A stretch of 54,394 nt of DNA from a virus (IMGVR_UViG_2541047753_000004), one strand, 5' to 3'. Numbered from the stretch's first letter, positions 31,050 through 40,909 are shown. The notes: generated by a model from the sequence alone, not told the origin. Program-made: numbers and translations.

Positions 31050-31987
31050 CCCCTGAATCCTGCCGGGATCTGGCTGTAGTCCACGTTGTCGTAACTGGCT
31101 TTGAAGTACGGGTCTTCGCGTTTTTCGGTGTACGTGCTGACGGACGGCGATAAGCGCAGGGAAAGCTCATCCCATTTTTCCCGCAACTTCGACGGGCTGA
31201 GCACGTTACGGCACCAGAACGGATCGCGGCTGACGCGGCTGTACATCTCGCAGATTTGTTTGTGAGTACGACCATCCTGCACACACATCAGGCGAATTTC
31301 GTTTGCCCATGCTGTCCAGTTAGGTTCTTTGGGACGAACCACCTCGCCGTCACATTCGGCGGCCTGCTCGTACAGGGCGATGATTTTTTTCCAGAGCCAC
31401 TGTGCGCAGGTCAAATCATCCTGCGTCCCCCACTGGCGCTTTTTAGGGCTGAATACAACCGCATCAGGATGGCGAGTTAAAAAATCCTGTTCATCCGTCT
31501 GCGTGTCCGGTTGCGAAGCGTCCGGACGAGAAGGTTTTTTATCTGACGGATCATGTTTTGATTTTACTGACGGATCCCCGCCAGATTCTGACGGGTGAAA
31601 ACCCGCTTTTTTGCCAGATTTCGACGCATCAAATTTTGACGGGTCAGATTTTGATGCGTCAGATTTTGACGGGTCAGAATCTGACAGTTGAGAAAATGCC
31701 GCTGCCTGAAGCTTCGCAACGTTAAGCTGATAAACATTCGACGCATTGCGGTTACCCTGGCGACGCGCCTTACGCGTTAACCAGCCTTCTGCTTCCAGCC
31801 GTGCGATAGCCGTTCTGACGGTACTCATCCCCGCGCCAATCTGACGGGCAATAGTTTCAATTGATGGCCAGCACACACCTTCGTCATTACTGAAATCAGC
31901 CAGGCGGGCCATAATTGCCACGCTGGATAATTTCATGCCTGACGCAGCGCAACCATCCCATACATAGCCGGTTAATTTAGTGCTCAT
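31046..31987 (-). CDS. Replication initiation protein (O-like, N-terminal wHTH)
   Basis: 313 aa; N-terminal HTH, internal repeated peptide SDSDPSKSDASKSDPSKFDASKS encoded by DNA iterons; downstream of cro/cII-like genes. Confidence 0.7.
   Translation of the reverse strand: MSTKLTGYVWDGCAASGMKLSSVAIMARLADFSNDEGVCWPSIETIARQIGAGMSTVRTAIARLEAEGWLTRKARRQGNRNASNVYQLNVAKLQAAAFSQLSDSDPSKSDASKSDPSKFDASKSGKKAGFHPSESGGDPSVKSKHDPSDKKPSRPDASQPDTQTDEQDFLTRHPDAVVFSPKKRQWGTQDDLTCAQWLWKKIIALYEQAAECDGEVVRPKEPNWTAWANEIRLMCVQDGRTHKQICEMYSRVSRDPFWCRNVLSPSKLREKWDELSLRLSPSVSTYTEKREDPYFKASYDNVDYSQIPAGFRG
31539..31690. repeat. Putative replication origin iterons inside the O-like gene
   Basis: Tandem ~15-bp units (ATTTTGACGGGTCAG and variants) repeated about 6-8 times. 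Confidence 0.6.
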
Positions 31988-31996
31988 GACCGACCT

Positions 31997-32335
31997 CTAT
32001 TTCCCTGAATTTACGACGAAACTGTTCGAGCGGGCTAAAGCACTCATGCTCATAGCCTTCACGGAGGTAGATAACCCGTTGTGTTTCCGGCTCCCAACGA
32101 ATGACTCTGACGGGCACTCCGTAGTGATCTTTGAACCAGCGGTTAACTTGTCGCAAAGGACTGTCTCCTTCTGCCGGTTGAAATCCCCCACAGCCCACTC
32201 AGCAAAGCTGTGGGTTACAATTTCCCTGTCACCTGGTACATTTACTGCATAGCAATACTCCACCTTCGCTTTTCCACCCGGTACAGGAAGCGCAATCAGT
32301 TGCGAGCGACGGTAGTGTGTTGTTAAACTGTTCAT
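31997..32335 (-). CDS. Hypothetical protein
   Basis: 112 aa; ATGA start/stop overlap with upstream YdaT-like gene suggests translational coupling. Confidence 0.4.
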   Translation of the reverse strand: MNSLTTHYRRSQLIALPVPGGKAKVEYCYAVNVPGDREIVTHSFAEWAVGDFNRQKETVLCDKLTAGSKITTECPSESFVGSRKHNGLSTSVKAMSMSALARSNSFVVNSGK

Positions 32336-32889
32336 GCGTTAGTTTCTCCACAACCAGAAGCAATCGACGCCACGACGCCCGGAGCTGCACACTCGCGGGC
32401 GTCATTACTTTCTGAAACGCAAAAAATTTTGTAGACAAGTGCTGCATGCTCCTGCAGCTTCGAAATTGAGAGGTACAGCTCGTCGTTAATTGCTGTCTTC
32501 TCATGCGGTTCCACTACACCGTCTTCGATTGCCGAACGAATCTGTTTTGAATAACTGCCGATCTGTTCAATGACTTCCAGTAAACGCTGGTTAATATCGG
32601 CATTGTCCACATCCTCGACGTCAGGAAGAGACACAAAGACGCCATTTGCAGACTGCGCCACAGCGTCAGCAATGAAGTGAGTGCCACCAGCACGTTGTAA
32701 AATCATTGCCCATCCCAGCGGGAAAATCTGATCGCCATCGGCACGAAGGCGGTTAAATAATGCGTTCTCTGTTACATCCAGCCACTCAGCAGCTTCAGCG
32801 TAACCCCCCGGCAACGCCGCGATAGTTTTTCTGACAGCTTTCACGTACCACTCAGGCTGTTTTTCCACTTTCCAGTGATGATTACCCAC
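32332..32889 (-). CDS. CII-like / YdaT-family regulatory protein
   Basis: 185 aa immediately downstream of cro-like gene. Confidence 0.5.
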   Translation of the reverse strand: MGNHHWKVEKQPEWYVKAVRKTIAALPGGYAEAAEWLDVTENALFNRLRADGDQIFPLGWAMILQRAGGTHFIADAVAQSANGVFVSLPDVEDVDNADINQRLLEVIEQIGSYSKQIRSAIEDGVVEPHEKTAINDELYLSISKLQEHAALVYKIFCVSESNDARECAAPGVVASIASGCGETNA

Positions 32890-33142
32890 GGCTTACCTCC
32901 TGTTCCTGTGGTTTAAACCCATTCTGGTTTTGGCTAGATTGAAAACGTGCCGGATAAAGAATCTGCATTTCGCTGATTTCACCCTTAAAAAAATTGGCCA
33001 GACGTTCTGCAAGATCGATAGATGGAATTTGTTCCAGTCTTTCAATACGACTCAGCGTCGCTGGATTGACCTGAACGCCAGCAGCAACATGCTGCAAAGT
33101 AAATCCGTGCGCCTTACGCACATTCCGTAATGGTGATTGCAT
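32882..33142 (-). CDS. cro: Cro-like HTH repressor (XRE family)
   Basis: 86 aa; HTH GFTLQHVAAGVQVNPATLSRIE; divergent from the CI-like repressor. Confidence 0.8.
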   Translation of the reverse strand: MQSPLRNVRKAHGFTLQHVAAGVQVNPATLSRIERLEQIPSIDLAERLANFFKGEISEMQILYPARFQSSQNQNGFKPQEQEVSRG

Positions 33143-33239
33143 ATGACCTCCACATATTGCGTGATAAGCATATTATTTCACGCAAATATTTTGCGCAAGT
33201 TGATTTGCTTAACGCGCAATAAAGAAATGTAATAAACGC
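33143..33239. promoter_or_regulatory. Immunity operator/promoter region
   Basis: Repeated palindromic half-sites TTGCGTGA / TCACGCAA / TTGCGCAA / CGCGCAA between the divergent cro and repressor starts. Confidence 0.55.
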
Positions 33240-33932
33240 ATGAACATAGGAAACCGAGTCAGACAACTTCGCCAGGCGAAGAACATGAAAATCGCCGATC
33301 TCGCTGAAGCAATAGGAGTGGATGCGGCGAATATCTCACGCCTGGAAACAGGTAAGCAGAAACAATTCACTGAACAAGCCCTGAGTAATATTGCCAGGAG
33401 CTTAGGTGTTGATATTGCTGATCTCTTTACCTCAGACTTCAAAAGTAATACTGTATGTAAAAACAGTATTAGTGAGGATGTTGCGCAGGTGAAGGATGTA
33501 TTCCGTATTGAAATGCTGGATGTCAGTGCCAGTGCGGGAAATGGCCTTATCCAGGGCGGTGATGTCATTGATGTGATTCATGCCATTGAATACAGAACTG
33601 ATAATGCTGTATCGATGTTTGGCGGACGGCCAGCCAATCACATTAAAGTTATCAACGTTCGTGGGGACAGTATGTGTCCAACCATTGAGCCAGGAGATCT
33701 CATCTTCGTTGATGTCAGTATCAATCAGTTTGATGGAGATGGTATCTATGTATTTGGTTTTGATGATAAAATTTATGTCAAACGACTGCAAATGATACCT
33801 GACAAACTACTGGTGATTTCTGATAACCAGATTTACCGTGAATGGGGAATTACCAGCGAAAATGAACACCGGTTTATGGTCTTTGGAAAGGTCTTAATCA
33901 GCCAGTCACAAACCCTTAAGCGACACAATTAA
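33240..33932 (+). CDS. cI: CI-like repressor (HTH + S24 LexA-like peptidase)
   Basis: N-terminal HTH IADLAEAIGVDAANISRLE; C-terminal VRGDSMCPTIEPGD (catalytic Ser) and KRL (Lys); no SD upstream, possibly leaderless. Confidence 0.9.
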   Translation: MNIGNRVRQLRQAKNMKIADLAEAIGVDAANISRLETGKQKQFTEQALSNIARSLGVDIADLFTSDFKSNTVCKNSISEDVAQVKDVFRIEMLDVSASAGNGLIQGGDVIDVIHAIEYRTDNAVSMFGGRPANHIKVINVRGDSMCPTIEPGDLIFVDVSINQFDGDGIYVFGFDDKIYVKRLQMIPDKLLVISDNQIYREWGITSENEHRFMVFGKVLISQSQTLKRHN

Positions 33933-34634
33933 CCCTTACCTCCTCATCAATTAGCCACCCAAAGGTGGCTTTTCATTACCCTTTAAATTGCATATCTCGC
34001 AACAAAAACACTTGCATAATGCGCAACTTCATTTTATCTTTCTTTCCAGACAAACAAACAAGGTACTAACAAAATTTGGTTGTAACACGGCGTATGGCAC
34101 ATGCGTCGTTAGCGGTCTGGGGACGTTAAAGGGGACAATCCACTCCTTGCTCGGGCAAACAAACCAGGTAGCCGGAATGTGCAAGTCAATGATGATGCTG
34201 ATAAGACGCCTAACCAGCGTGGCGATTCGGTTTGACGCCTGGGAAGAGACCAGGGTGCAACGATGAGGGCATTTATGGAGCCGCGACAAAGTGTGGTGCT
34301 GTAACTGGCTAAGTGCTCTCAGCGTTGTGGTAATCCGCGAAATGGCGCGGCGGTAAGTATGGCGGGGTTACTCTTTCCCCGTTGAGGACACCGGATTGTC
34401 AGGTTGACCATACGCCTGAGTGACAAGCCCACCACAACAGCCACTGCTTTGGCGGTACCAGTTTGTACACTTGCTTCCGGCTGGTACCGCTCTTTTTACA
34501 AAACAGAGAAGAGCATCACCGGACGACGGGCTCATAACCCAATCCATCCGGGCGGCTGCCACCGCAGGTGTTCTTCTCTGTTTTGTGGAGAAACCAACCG
34601 ACCTTGCAGGGTCGATATGATGAGGAGCAGCAAA

Positions 34635-34997
34635 ATGGCTAGCGAACGCAGTACTGATGTGCAGGCATTTATCGGGGAGCTGGACGGCGGCGTATTTGAA
34701 ACCAAAATCGGCGCAGTTCTCAGTGAAGTCGCTTCCGGTGTGATGAACACAAAAACCAAAGGTAAGGTCTCACTCAACCTGGAAATCGAACCATTTGATG
34801 AGAACCGTGTGAAAATCAAACACAAACTCTCATATGTTCGCCCGACTAACCGCGGGAAAATTTCCGAAGAAGACACCACCGAAACGCCGATGTATGTCAA
34901 TCGCGGTGGTCGCCTGACTATTCTGCAGGAAGACCAGGGACAATTACTGACTCTTGCCGGTGAACCTGACGGAAAACTACGCGCAGCAGGTCATTAA
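34635..34997 (+). CDS. Hypothetical early protein (YfdP-like by size and context)
   Basis: 120 aa from ATG with GAGGAG 7 nt upstream; ORF track extends further upstream without SD. Confidence 0.4.
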   Translation: MASERSTDVQAFIGELDGGVFETKIGAVLSEVASGVMNTKTKGKVSLNLEIEPFDENRVKIKHKLSYVRPTNRGKISEEDTTETPMYVNRGGRLTILQEDQGQLLTLAGEPDGKLRAAGH

Positions 34998-35062
34998 TAT
35001 CGTTCTTAATTAACTGATTATTTATCTCATCACTGAATATCTTTATATAGTGAGGACTTATT

Positions 35063-35887
35063 ATGTCTCAGAACTTAGACGCAACCGCAATTAATCAAAT
35101 CCATGCCCTTATTTCTGCTCAGGGTGTTAATGAAATTATCAGTAAGATTGGTGCCGATGCTGTGGCATTGCCTGAGAATTTCCGCATTCATGATCTGGAA
35201 AAATTTAATTTAAATCGCTTCCGTTTCCGTGGCGCGCTTTCCACTGCCAGCATCGATGATTTTACCCGTTATTCTAAAGATCTTGCGGATGAAGGCACCC
35301 GCTGCTTTATCGATGCCGATAATATGCGTGCCGTCAGTGTGCTTAACCTGGGTACTATTGATGAGCCTGGTCACGCAGATAACACCGCCACTCTCAAACT
35401 GAAAAAGACAGCACCGTTCTCTGCTCTGTTGTCTGTTAACGGCGAGCGTAACTCCCAGAAGTCACTGGCAGAATGGATTGAAGACTGGGCCGACTACCTT
35501 GTGGGCTTTGATGCTAATGGTGATGCCATTCAGGCAACAAAAGCGGCTGCGGCAGTCCGTAAAATCACGATTGAAGCAAACCAGACCGCTGATTTTGAAG
35601 ACAATGACTTCAGCGGCAAACGCTCCCTGATGGAGTCTGTCGAAGCGAAGACCAAAGATATTATGCCAGTGGCATTTGAATTTAAATGCGTTCCGTTTGA
35701 AGGCCTGAAAGAACGTCCGTTTAAATTACGCCTCAGCATTATCACTGGCGATCGTCCTGTACTGGTTCTGCGCATTATTCAGCTGGAAGCAGTGCAGGAA
35801 GAAATGGCTAACGAATTTCGTGATCTGCTTGTTGAGAAATTCAAGGACAGCAAAGTAGAAACCTTTATTGGTACTTTTACCGCCTGA
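35063..35887 (+). CDS. YfdQ-like DUF2303-family protein
   Basis: 274 aa, same size and context as CPS-53 YfdQ. Confidence 0.5.
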   Translation: MSQNLDATAINQIHALISAQGVNEIISKIGADAVALPENFRIHDLEKFNLNRFRFRGALSTASIDDFTRYSKDLADEGTRCFIDADNMRAVSVLNLGTIDEPGHADNTATLKLKKTAPFSALLSVNGERNSQKSLAEWIEDWADYLVGFDANGDAIQATKAAAAVRKITIEANQTADFEDNDFSGKRSLMESVEAKTKDIMPVAFEFKCVPFEGLKERPFKLRLSIITGDRPVLVLRIIQLEAVQEEMANEFRDLLVEKFKDSKVETFIGTFTA

Positions 35888-36014
35888 TTTCATTACTGCA
35901 AATGCCCCTGCGGGGGCATTTATGGAAACGTAATTGACTCAATAATCGCCGGATGGTGAGGGCTTTCTTTTACCAGAATTCAGCGCGGTGCAGCGCATAT
36001 ACGTGGAGAACAAA

Positions 36015-36539
36015 ATGTCATTTATTAAAACTTTTTCCGGGAAGCATTTTTATTATGACAGGATAAATAAAGACGACATCGTTATTAACGATATCGCGGT
36101 TTCTCTTTCAAATATCTGTCGCTTTGCAGGACATCTTTCACATTTCTACAGCGTCGCCCAACATGCGGTGCTTTGCAGCCAACTGGTACCGCAGGAATTT
36201 GCTTTTGAAGCGTTAATGCATGATGCAACAGAAGCGTATTGCCAGGACATCCCGGCGCCACTGAAACGCCTTCTTCCTGACTATAAACGGATGGAAGAAA
36301 AAATAGACGCCGTAATCCGTGAGAAATACGGGTTACCCCCGGTTATGAGTACGCCCGTGAAATATGCCGATCTCATCATGCTGGCAACCGAACGCCGCGA
36401 TCTCGGGCTTGATGATGGCTCTTTCTGGCCCGTACTGGAAGGTATCCCGGCAACAGAGATGTTCAAAGTTATTCCACTGTCGCCAGGCCATACCTATGGG
36501 ATGTTTATGGAACGCTTTAAAGAGTTAACTGAGTCGTAA
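36015..36539 (+). CDS. HD-domain phosphohydrolase (YfdR-like)
   Basis: HD motif context HAVLCSQLVPQEF...ALMHDATEAY; start at MSFIKTF. Confidence 0.65.
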   Translation: MSFIKTFSGKHFYYDRINKDDIVINDIAVSLSNICRFAGHLSHFYSVAQHAVLCSQLVPQEFAFEALMHDATEAYCQDIPAPLKRLLPDYKRMEEKIDAVIREKYGLPPVMSTPVKYADLIMLATERRDLGLDDGSFWPVLEGIPATEMFKVIPLSPGHTYGMFMERFKELTES

Positions 36540-36647
36540 AAATCAGCACGTACGAATTCAAACTCTGCCATAAAAGAACATATAAGTAATTTATTAACAT
36601 ATAGATATAGGTTATATTACAAATTGAAAAATTATTGGAGAGCAACA

Positions 36648-37514
36648 ATGAATCAAAATCCATTCTCATTCTATGACTTTCTTGGATATTTAATACCAGG
36701 TGGTTTTTTTATCCTATTAATGTATTTCTGTGGTTTGACATTCGATCTAGATATTGTTATTGACTTAAGTGAATTACTCAGAGGTCAAAGTCAAATCTTT
36801 GGCATTTTGAACTACGCTTCAATAGTTATTATATCTTATATAGCTGGACATTTTATTTCTATCACGTCAGCATTTTTTATCGAAAAATACATGAATAAAG
36901 AATTAGGATATCCTTCCAAATATCTATTTAAAAAATTGATAGATACCTCAGAAAGCATTTGTAGCCCATCATGCGATGAGAGAAGCGCTGATAAAAAAAC
37001 AAAAATAAAGAATCGCATAATCAAATGCGTATTATGTCCAATAATACTATGGGATTTTATAACACAAAAACTATGTTATTCTCAATCTCTACCATTTCAT
37101 TTAGCTAATACAACATGGTTAATGATCAAAGAAGGTTATGAGAAAAAGTTCATAACAAATCGCCAATTATTACAAGATAAAAACGGACTTGATGATGATC
37201 TCTTCAGATTGGCATATCATTATGTTTATGAGTTTTCAAAACAACATCAAACAAAAATTCAAAACTATGTTGCATTATATGGTTTTTGCAGAAACATATG
37301 TTTAATCTTTATAATTTCATTTTGGGTATCAGTTCCAACCTTTATTTATCGATTATGTACTCATAGTGATTATCTTTATAGTTTACTTTCAATAATGCTT
37401 AGCTTTTTCTTCGTCTATGTTTTCTATGTTGGTTTTGTTAAATTTTATAGAAGATATACTTTAGAAGTATTAATGGCATTTGCTGTACTTCAAAGTAACG
37501 ACACTATTCGTTAA
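36648..37514 (+). CDS. AT-rich multi-pass membrane protein (cargo gene, unknown function)
   Basis: 288 aa from ATG with GGAGAG SD; hydrophobic helices at both ends; strongly AT-rich relative to neighbours. Confidence 0.55.
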   Translation: MNQNPFSFYDFLGYLIPGGFFILLMYFCGLTFDLDIVIDLSELLRGQSQIFGILNYASIVIISYIAGHFISITSAFFIEKYMNKELGYPSKYLFKKLIDTSESICSPSCDERSADKKTKIKNRIIKCVLCPIILWDFITQKLCYSQSLPFHLANTTWLMIKEGYEKKFITNRQLLQDKNGLDDDLFRLAYHYVYEFSKQHQTKIQNYVALYGFCRNICLIFIISFWVSVPTFIYRLCTHSDYLYSLLSIMLSFFFVYVFYVGFVKFYRRYTLEVLMAFAVLQSNDTIR

Positions 37515-37555
37515 TAATGTTGCTCCCGTGTGCAGACGGGATAATGGAGAAACGT

Positions 37556-37762
37556 ATGCTGAACCTCGATTGTGTTCCTATCTCAACTTATTGCAAAGAA
37601 ACTGGCGAAACTCCTGAAGCAATAAACAAACGTGTACAGCGCGGTGTTTGGCGTGAAGGTGTTCAGGTTTTAAAGGTTGAAGGCGTTAAGGAGAGGTGGA
37701 TTGATCTTAGTGAGGTTGCAAAATGGGCCAGACAAAACTGCTCAAACTACCGCGCGGCGTAA
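37556..37762 (+). CDS. xis: Excisionase (Xis-like)
   Basis: Small basic protein immediately upstream of and overlapping int; start uncertain (37517, 37544 or 37556). Confidence 0.55.
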   Translation: MLNLDCVPISTYCKETGETPEAINKRVQRGVWREGVQVLKVEGVKERWIDLSEVAKWARQNCSNYRAA

Positions 37763-38895
37763 CAATCAGGAAACACCGCCAGGGAGAAACGATCAATATA
37801 ACTTTCACCTACAAAGGAGTTAGATGTCGTGAGCCGCTTTCCAATCTGGAAGTAACACCAAAGAACATTAAATACGCCGAGCGTACACTCGGCGAAATCC
37901 ATAATAAGATCGAAAGGGGAACATTCATTTATGCAGAATATTTTCCCCGTTCTGCTCGTTTGAAAATTTTTGGTAATGCTGCTGCAGGCAAAACGGTAAA
38001 GGTGTACCTGGACGAATATCTTGAAATCTGCGAAACAAGAAAACTTTCACCCTCTACGATTGGTGGCTATAAAAAATGCCGTAGTGCGTTAGCCTCACTT
38101 CACATTTGCCCTGCAAGTGAATTAACACCAGCAACCCTGAAAGCGTGGATTCAAAGCCAGAAAACAACCTTAAAAACCATTCGCAACCAGTTATCTTTCC
38201 TACGGTCAGCACTTGATGAAGCCGTGACCGATGGGGTACTTCAAATTAACCCCGTATCGTTAGTAACAGCTTCGCGCTACCAAAGTGATAAGTCAGAAGC
38301 AGAAAGCAGCTATGTGGTTGATCCGCTATCACCAGCAGAAGTTGATGCATTACTAGCAGCAGCCGGAAACAAACAATGGGAAAATCTGTTCCGGTTCGCC
38401 ATACATACAGGCCTGCGTAGTTCTGAATTATGTGCCCTACGATGGCATGATATCGACTTTGTTGGAAAAACAGCCCATGTTCAGAGCGCAAGTGTTGTCG
38501 GAGTTATCAAAGGAACAAAGACAAAAGCCGGTACCCGTAAAGTTGAACTGACTGAAGAAGCAATGTTGGCGTTGATAAACCAGAAGCCATTTACATTCAT
38601 GAAGGATGCTACTGTCTTTGAAGATCCAAAGACCAATAAACCCTGGGCAAGTGCTGATGCAATTAGGAAAAAAGCATGGGTGCCAACATTGCGAAAAGCA
38701 GGTATTCGTTACAGAAACCCATATCAAACCAGGCATACATTCGCCACCAGCCATATCAGCCGGGGAGCAAACCTGTTTTGGCTTGCGGCTCAAATGGGCC
38801 ATAAAGGGCCTGAAATGTTATTCAGGCACTATGGACAATACTTGAAAGAGTATGATGGGAGGGCAAGTATCAAGGATAAAAAGGCTTTATTTTAA
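37723..38895 (+). CDS. int: Tyrosine integrase (lambda Int family)
   Basis: 390 aa; C-terminal catalytic region R...HTFATSHISRGANLFWLAAQMGHKGPEMLFRHYGQY with conserved R, H-x-x-R and Tyr. Confidence 0.9.
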   Translation: MGQTKLLKLPRGVTIRKHRQGETINITFTYKGVRCREPLSNLEVTPKNIKYAERTLGEIHNKIERGTFIYAEYFPRSARLKIFGNAAAGKTVKVYLDEYLEICETRKLSPSTIGGYKKCRSALASLHICPASELTPATLKAWIQSQKTTLKTIRNQLSFLRSALDEAVTDGVLQINPVSLVTASRYQSDKSEAESSYVVDPLSPAEVDALLAAAGNKQWENLFRFAIHTGLRSSELCALRWHDIDFVGKTAHVQSASVVGVIKGTKTKAGTRKVELTEEAMLALINQKPFTFMKDATVFEDPKTNKPWASADAIRKKAWVPTLRKAGIRYRNPYQTRHTFATSHISRGANLFWLAAQMGHKGPEMLFRHYGQYLKEYDGRASIKDKKALF

Positions 38896-39486
38896 GTCAT
38901 TATGCCAATCGTCTACTGTTTGAAACCAAATTTTTAACCTTTGCATAAAGGTACGATCCTTTTTGGGAGGGTGGTACCTTTGAAAAGAAGTATGTAACGC
39001 TTCGATAACTCCCATACAAGCATCAATTACTTCTTGTGCTTTAACCGGGCGATCGGTATCTGAAAGCTTGTGAGCGACCTCACAATCCAGAGTTGCTTTC
39101 TCTAGTACAGATGAGAACACCTCGTCAGGTATATACAGTCCTCTGCTTTCCAAAATGCAAATCAGTTTGGAAACTTGTTGAGCTTTAGCCAAGATAGTTA
39201 ACAAGTATGAAACAGAAGCCTTTGTTCTATCCTTTTGCAACCTTAACAATCGATGCTTTGATGCTCTAATTTTAGGTTGAGTTGTCTGACTGAGCCAATA
39301 GTTAGAAGAAATATCAGAAATTTCAATAACTAACTTTGAAATAGCATCAATAATTGATTTCGATTCAGAACGTGTCGCCAGTTTTACAGAATTATTGTAC
39401 GCAACTCGCCATCCAATGAAAACTAAGCAGACGCTAACTACTGTGATACACCACGAATACTGTCCTATTTGTGCTACTAATGACAT
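38887..39486 (-). CDS. Single-pass membrane protein, unknown function (cargo operon gene 3)
   Basis: N-terminal TM helix WCITVVSVCLVFIGW, helical soluble domain; last gene of a 3-gene minus-strand operon; start at internal ATG 39486 (ORF track begins at TTG 39504). Confidence 0.5.
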   Translation of the reverse strand: MSLVAQIGQYSWCITVVSVCLVFIGWRVAYNNSVKLATRSESKSIIDAISKLVIEISDISSNYWLSQTTQPKIRASKHRLLRLQKDRTKASVSYLLTILAKAQQVSKLICILESRGLYIPDEVFSSVLEKATLDCEVAHKLSDTDRPVKAQEVIDACMGVIEALHTSFQRYHPPKKDRTFMQRLKIWFQTVDDWHNDLK

Positions 39487-39514
39487 TGGTTCCGTACTGA
39501 TCAACTATCGCCTC

Positions 39515-39841
39515 TTATACTCTTTCTGGTTGTGCTAAATCAATAAATTTATCAATCTGTTCTTTGTAGAACGGAACATCACTTTTTATAATCAAACGTG
39601 CTTTAACGTTGGCTTTAGGTATCCCTTCCTTACGGATGAGACCTCCAAACGCCTCTTCTAAGAAAGAGGAACCAACACCCAGTGCTATACCGCGAAAATC
39701 AACCACAATCTCCTGTTCAGTACCCTTCAGCGCAGGCACCAAAAACTCTCTACGAAATCTTTCCGCACTGTGTGGGCTATCCGTTGTGTAACGTCCGAAA
39801 GGTGTTCTGGAGAACTCCTTCGCTATGACGATATTTCTCAT
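39515..39841 (-). CDS. STAS-like small protein (DUF4325-like) (cargo operon gene 2)
   Basis: 108 aa; IVVDFRGIALGVGSSFLEEAFGG resembles the STAS / anti-sigma-antagonist core; AGGAG SD; starts 4 nt after upstream stop. Confidence 0.55.
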   Translation of the reverse strand: MRNIVIAKEFSRTPFGRYTTDSPHSAERFRREFLVPALKGTEQEIVVDFRGIALGVGSSFLEEAFGGLIRKEGIPKANVKARLIIKSDVPFYKEQIDKFIDLAQPERV

Positions 39842-39845
39842 AAAA

Positions 39846-40757
39846 TCATCTCCTGGGAACCAGCGACCATTGTAGTAAAGTACCCGGTATGTACTCAGCT
39901 AGCTTCTCACATCGAGGACTACTGTCATTAGAATTATAGCTATAACGAGCCCTTCCTGTTAGTATCAGAAGTGTCTCATTATCCTCACAACCTGCCCCAA
40001 TAGGTCTCTTGATATCTTCAGAGCCATTTCCCCGTCCGGAACCAACAAAGCGGGATTCCCCTACTAACATAGCTCTTTCCACAGAAGATACTTCGTTTTG
40101 AATGCTATGACCATCACCATTAGGCACGAAACTTCTATAAATCCCCAATCCAAGGTCACAAACGATAAAAACGACTTTATTTTCATCACGATTGAACCAA
40201 GCGCACTGCCACCATCGTTTACCTTTGAGAAGCTGAATATCTGACTCGAACCCCTCATCTTCATACGCATGATGAGAAACATTGAGCAAAGCTTCACTAA
40301 TCGCTGTCAGCAGTAAGCCTAACTGTTCATTATTAAGCAGAGCACTTTTCTGCAGCATGAGTACTGTTTCAACAATATGCTCGTAAGGTTCGACAGCTGA
40401 CTGAAAGTATCGTTCCTCCCTCGTAAGTGCATTCAGTTTCTCTTCTGTGCCAGCAAGCAAAGCACGAGCAAGTCCAGTACCAACGATCCATCTATGCCCA
40501 GATGGGTTATCATCCTTTTTAGGCCATTTAAAACGTATAAAATTAGGGTCCCGGGTTAAAAATTGAGCTCTATTTACTATGGCAAAGAACAGTACCGATG
40601 CCGCAGCTGAGGCAAATTTTACCTTGGACAAATCAACTATAACTCGACCTTTATTTTTTACTCCAATCGATTCAATCGAGTTGATGAAGTTCAATGTCCC
40701 AGCCCTAGAATCATCTGAGTAAATGCAAAATTTGCTTGGGGGTACCAGTATGGTCAT
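39846..40757 (-). CDS. GHKL-type ATPase/kinase with N-terminal STAS-like region (cargo operon gene 1)
   Basis: Bergerat-fold motifs: N-box EALLNVSHHAY, G1 DLGLGI, G2 GSGRGNG; N-terminal RVIVDLSKVKFASAAASVLFFAI resembles STAS beta-strand/helix. Confidence 0.6.
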   Translation of the reverse strand: MTILVPPSKFCIYSDDSRAGTLNFINSIESIGVKNKGRVIVDLSKVKFASAAASVLFFAIVNRAQFLTRDPNFIRFKWPKKDDNPSGHRWIVGTGLARALLAGTEEKLNALTREERYFQSAVEPYEHIVETVLMLQKSALLNNEQLGLLLTAISEALLNVSHHAYEDEGFESDIQLLKGKRWWQCAWFNRDENKVVFIVCDLGLGIYRSFVPNGDGHSIQNEVSSVERAMLVGESRFVGSGRGNGSEDIKRPIGAGCEDNETLLILTGRARYSYNSNDSSPRCEKLAEYIPGTLLQWSLVPRR

Positions 40758-40909
40758 AGCGATGTCATTCTTATACGATGGATTTATAGATTATCTACTA
40801 TTCATAGTTGGTTATGAAGACTGGGATATAACAGTAAAAGATACGTGTAAGATCCGCAAGATAGTTAATGTCGAAAAAAATCATTAATTACATCAAGTTA
40901 GTGATATTT

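Noticed and set aside
31539-31690. Possible CRISPR array from short tandem repeats
   Set aside because: Units are ~15 bp, contiguous, without spacers, and lie inside a replication protein ORF; interpreted as origin iterons
31977-32198. 73-aa minus-strand ORF overlapping the 112-aa ORF in another frame
   Set aside because: It begins at GTG with no SD and overlaps a neighbour that has an ATG with ATGA stop-start coupling to the upstream gene; treated as an alternative-frame artefact, though it reads protein-like and the choice is uncertain
33209-33568. 119-aa minus-strand ORF
   Set aside because: Lies entirely antisense to the well-supported CI-like repressor gene; no independent signals
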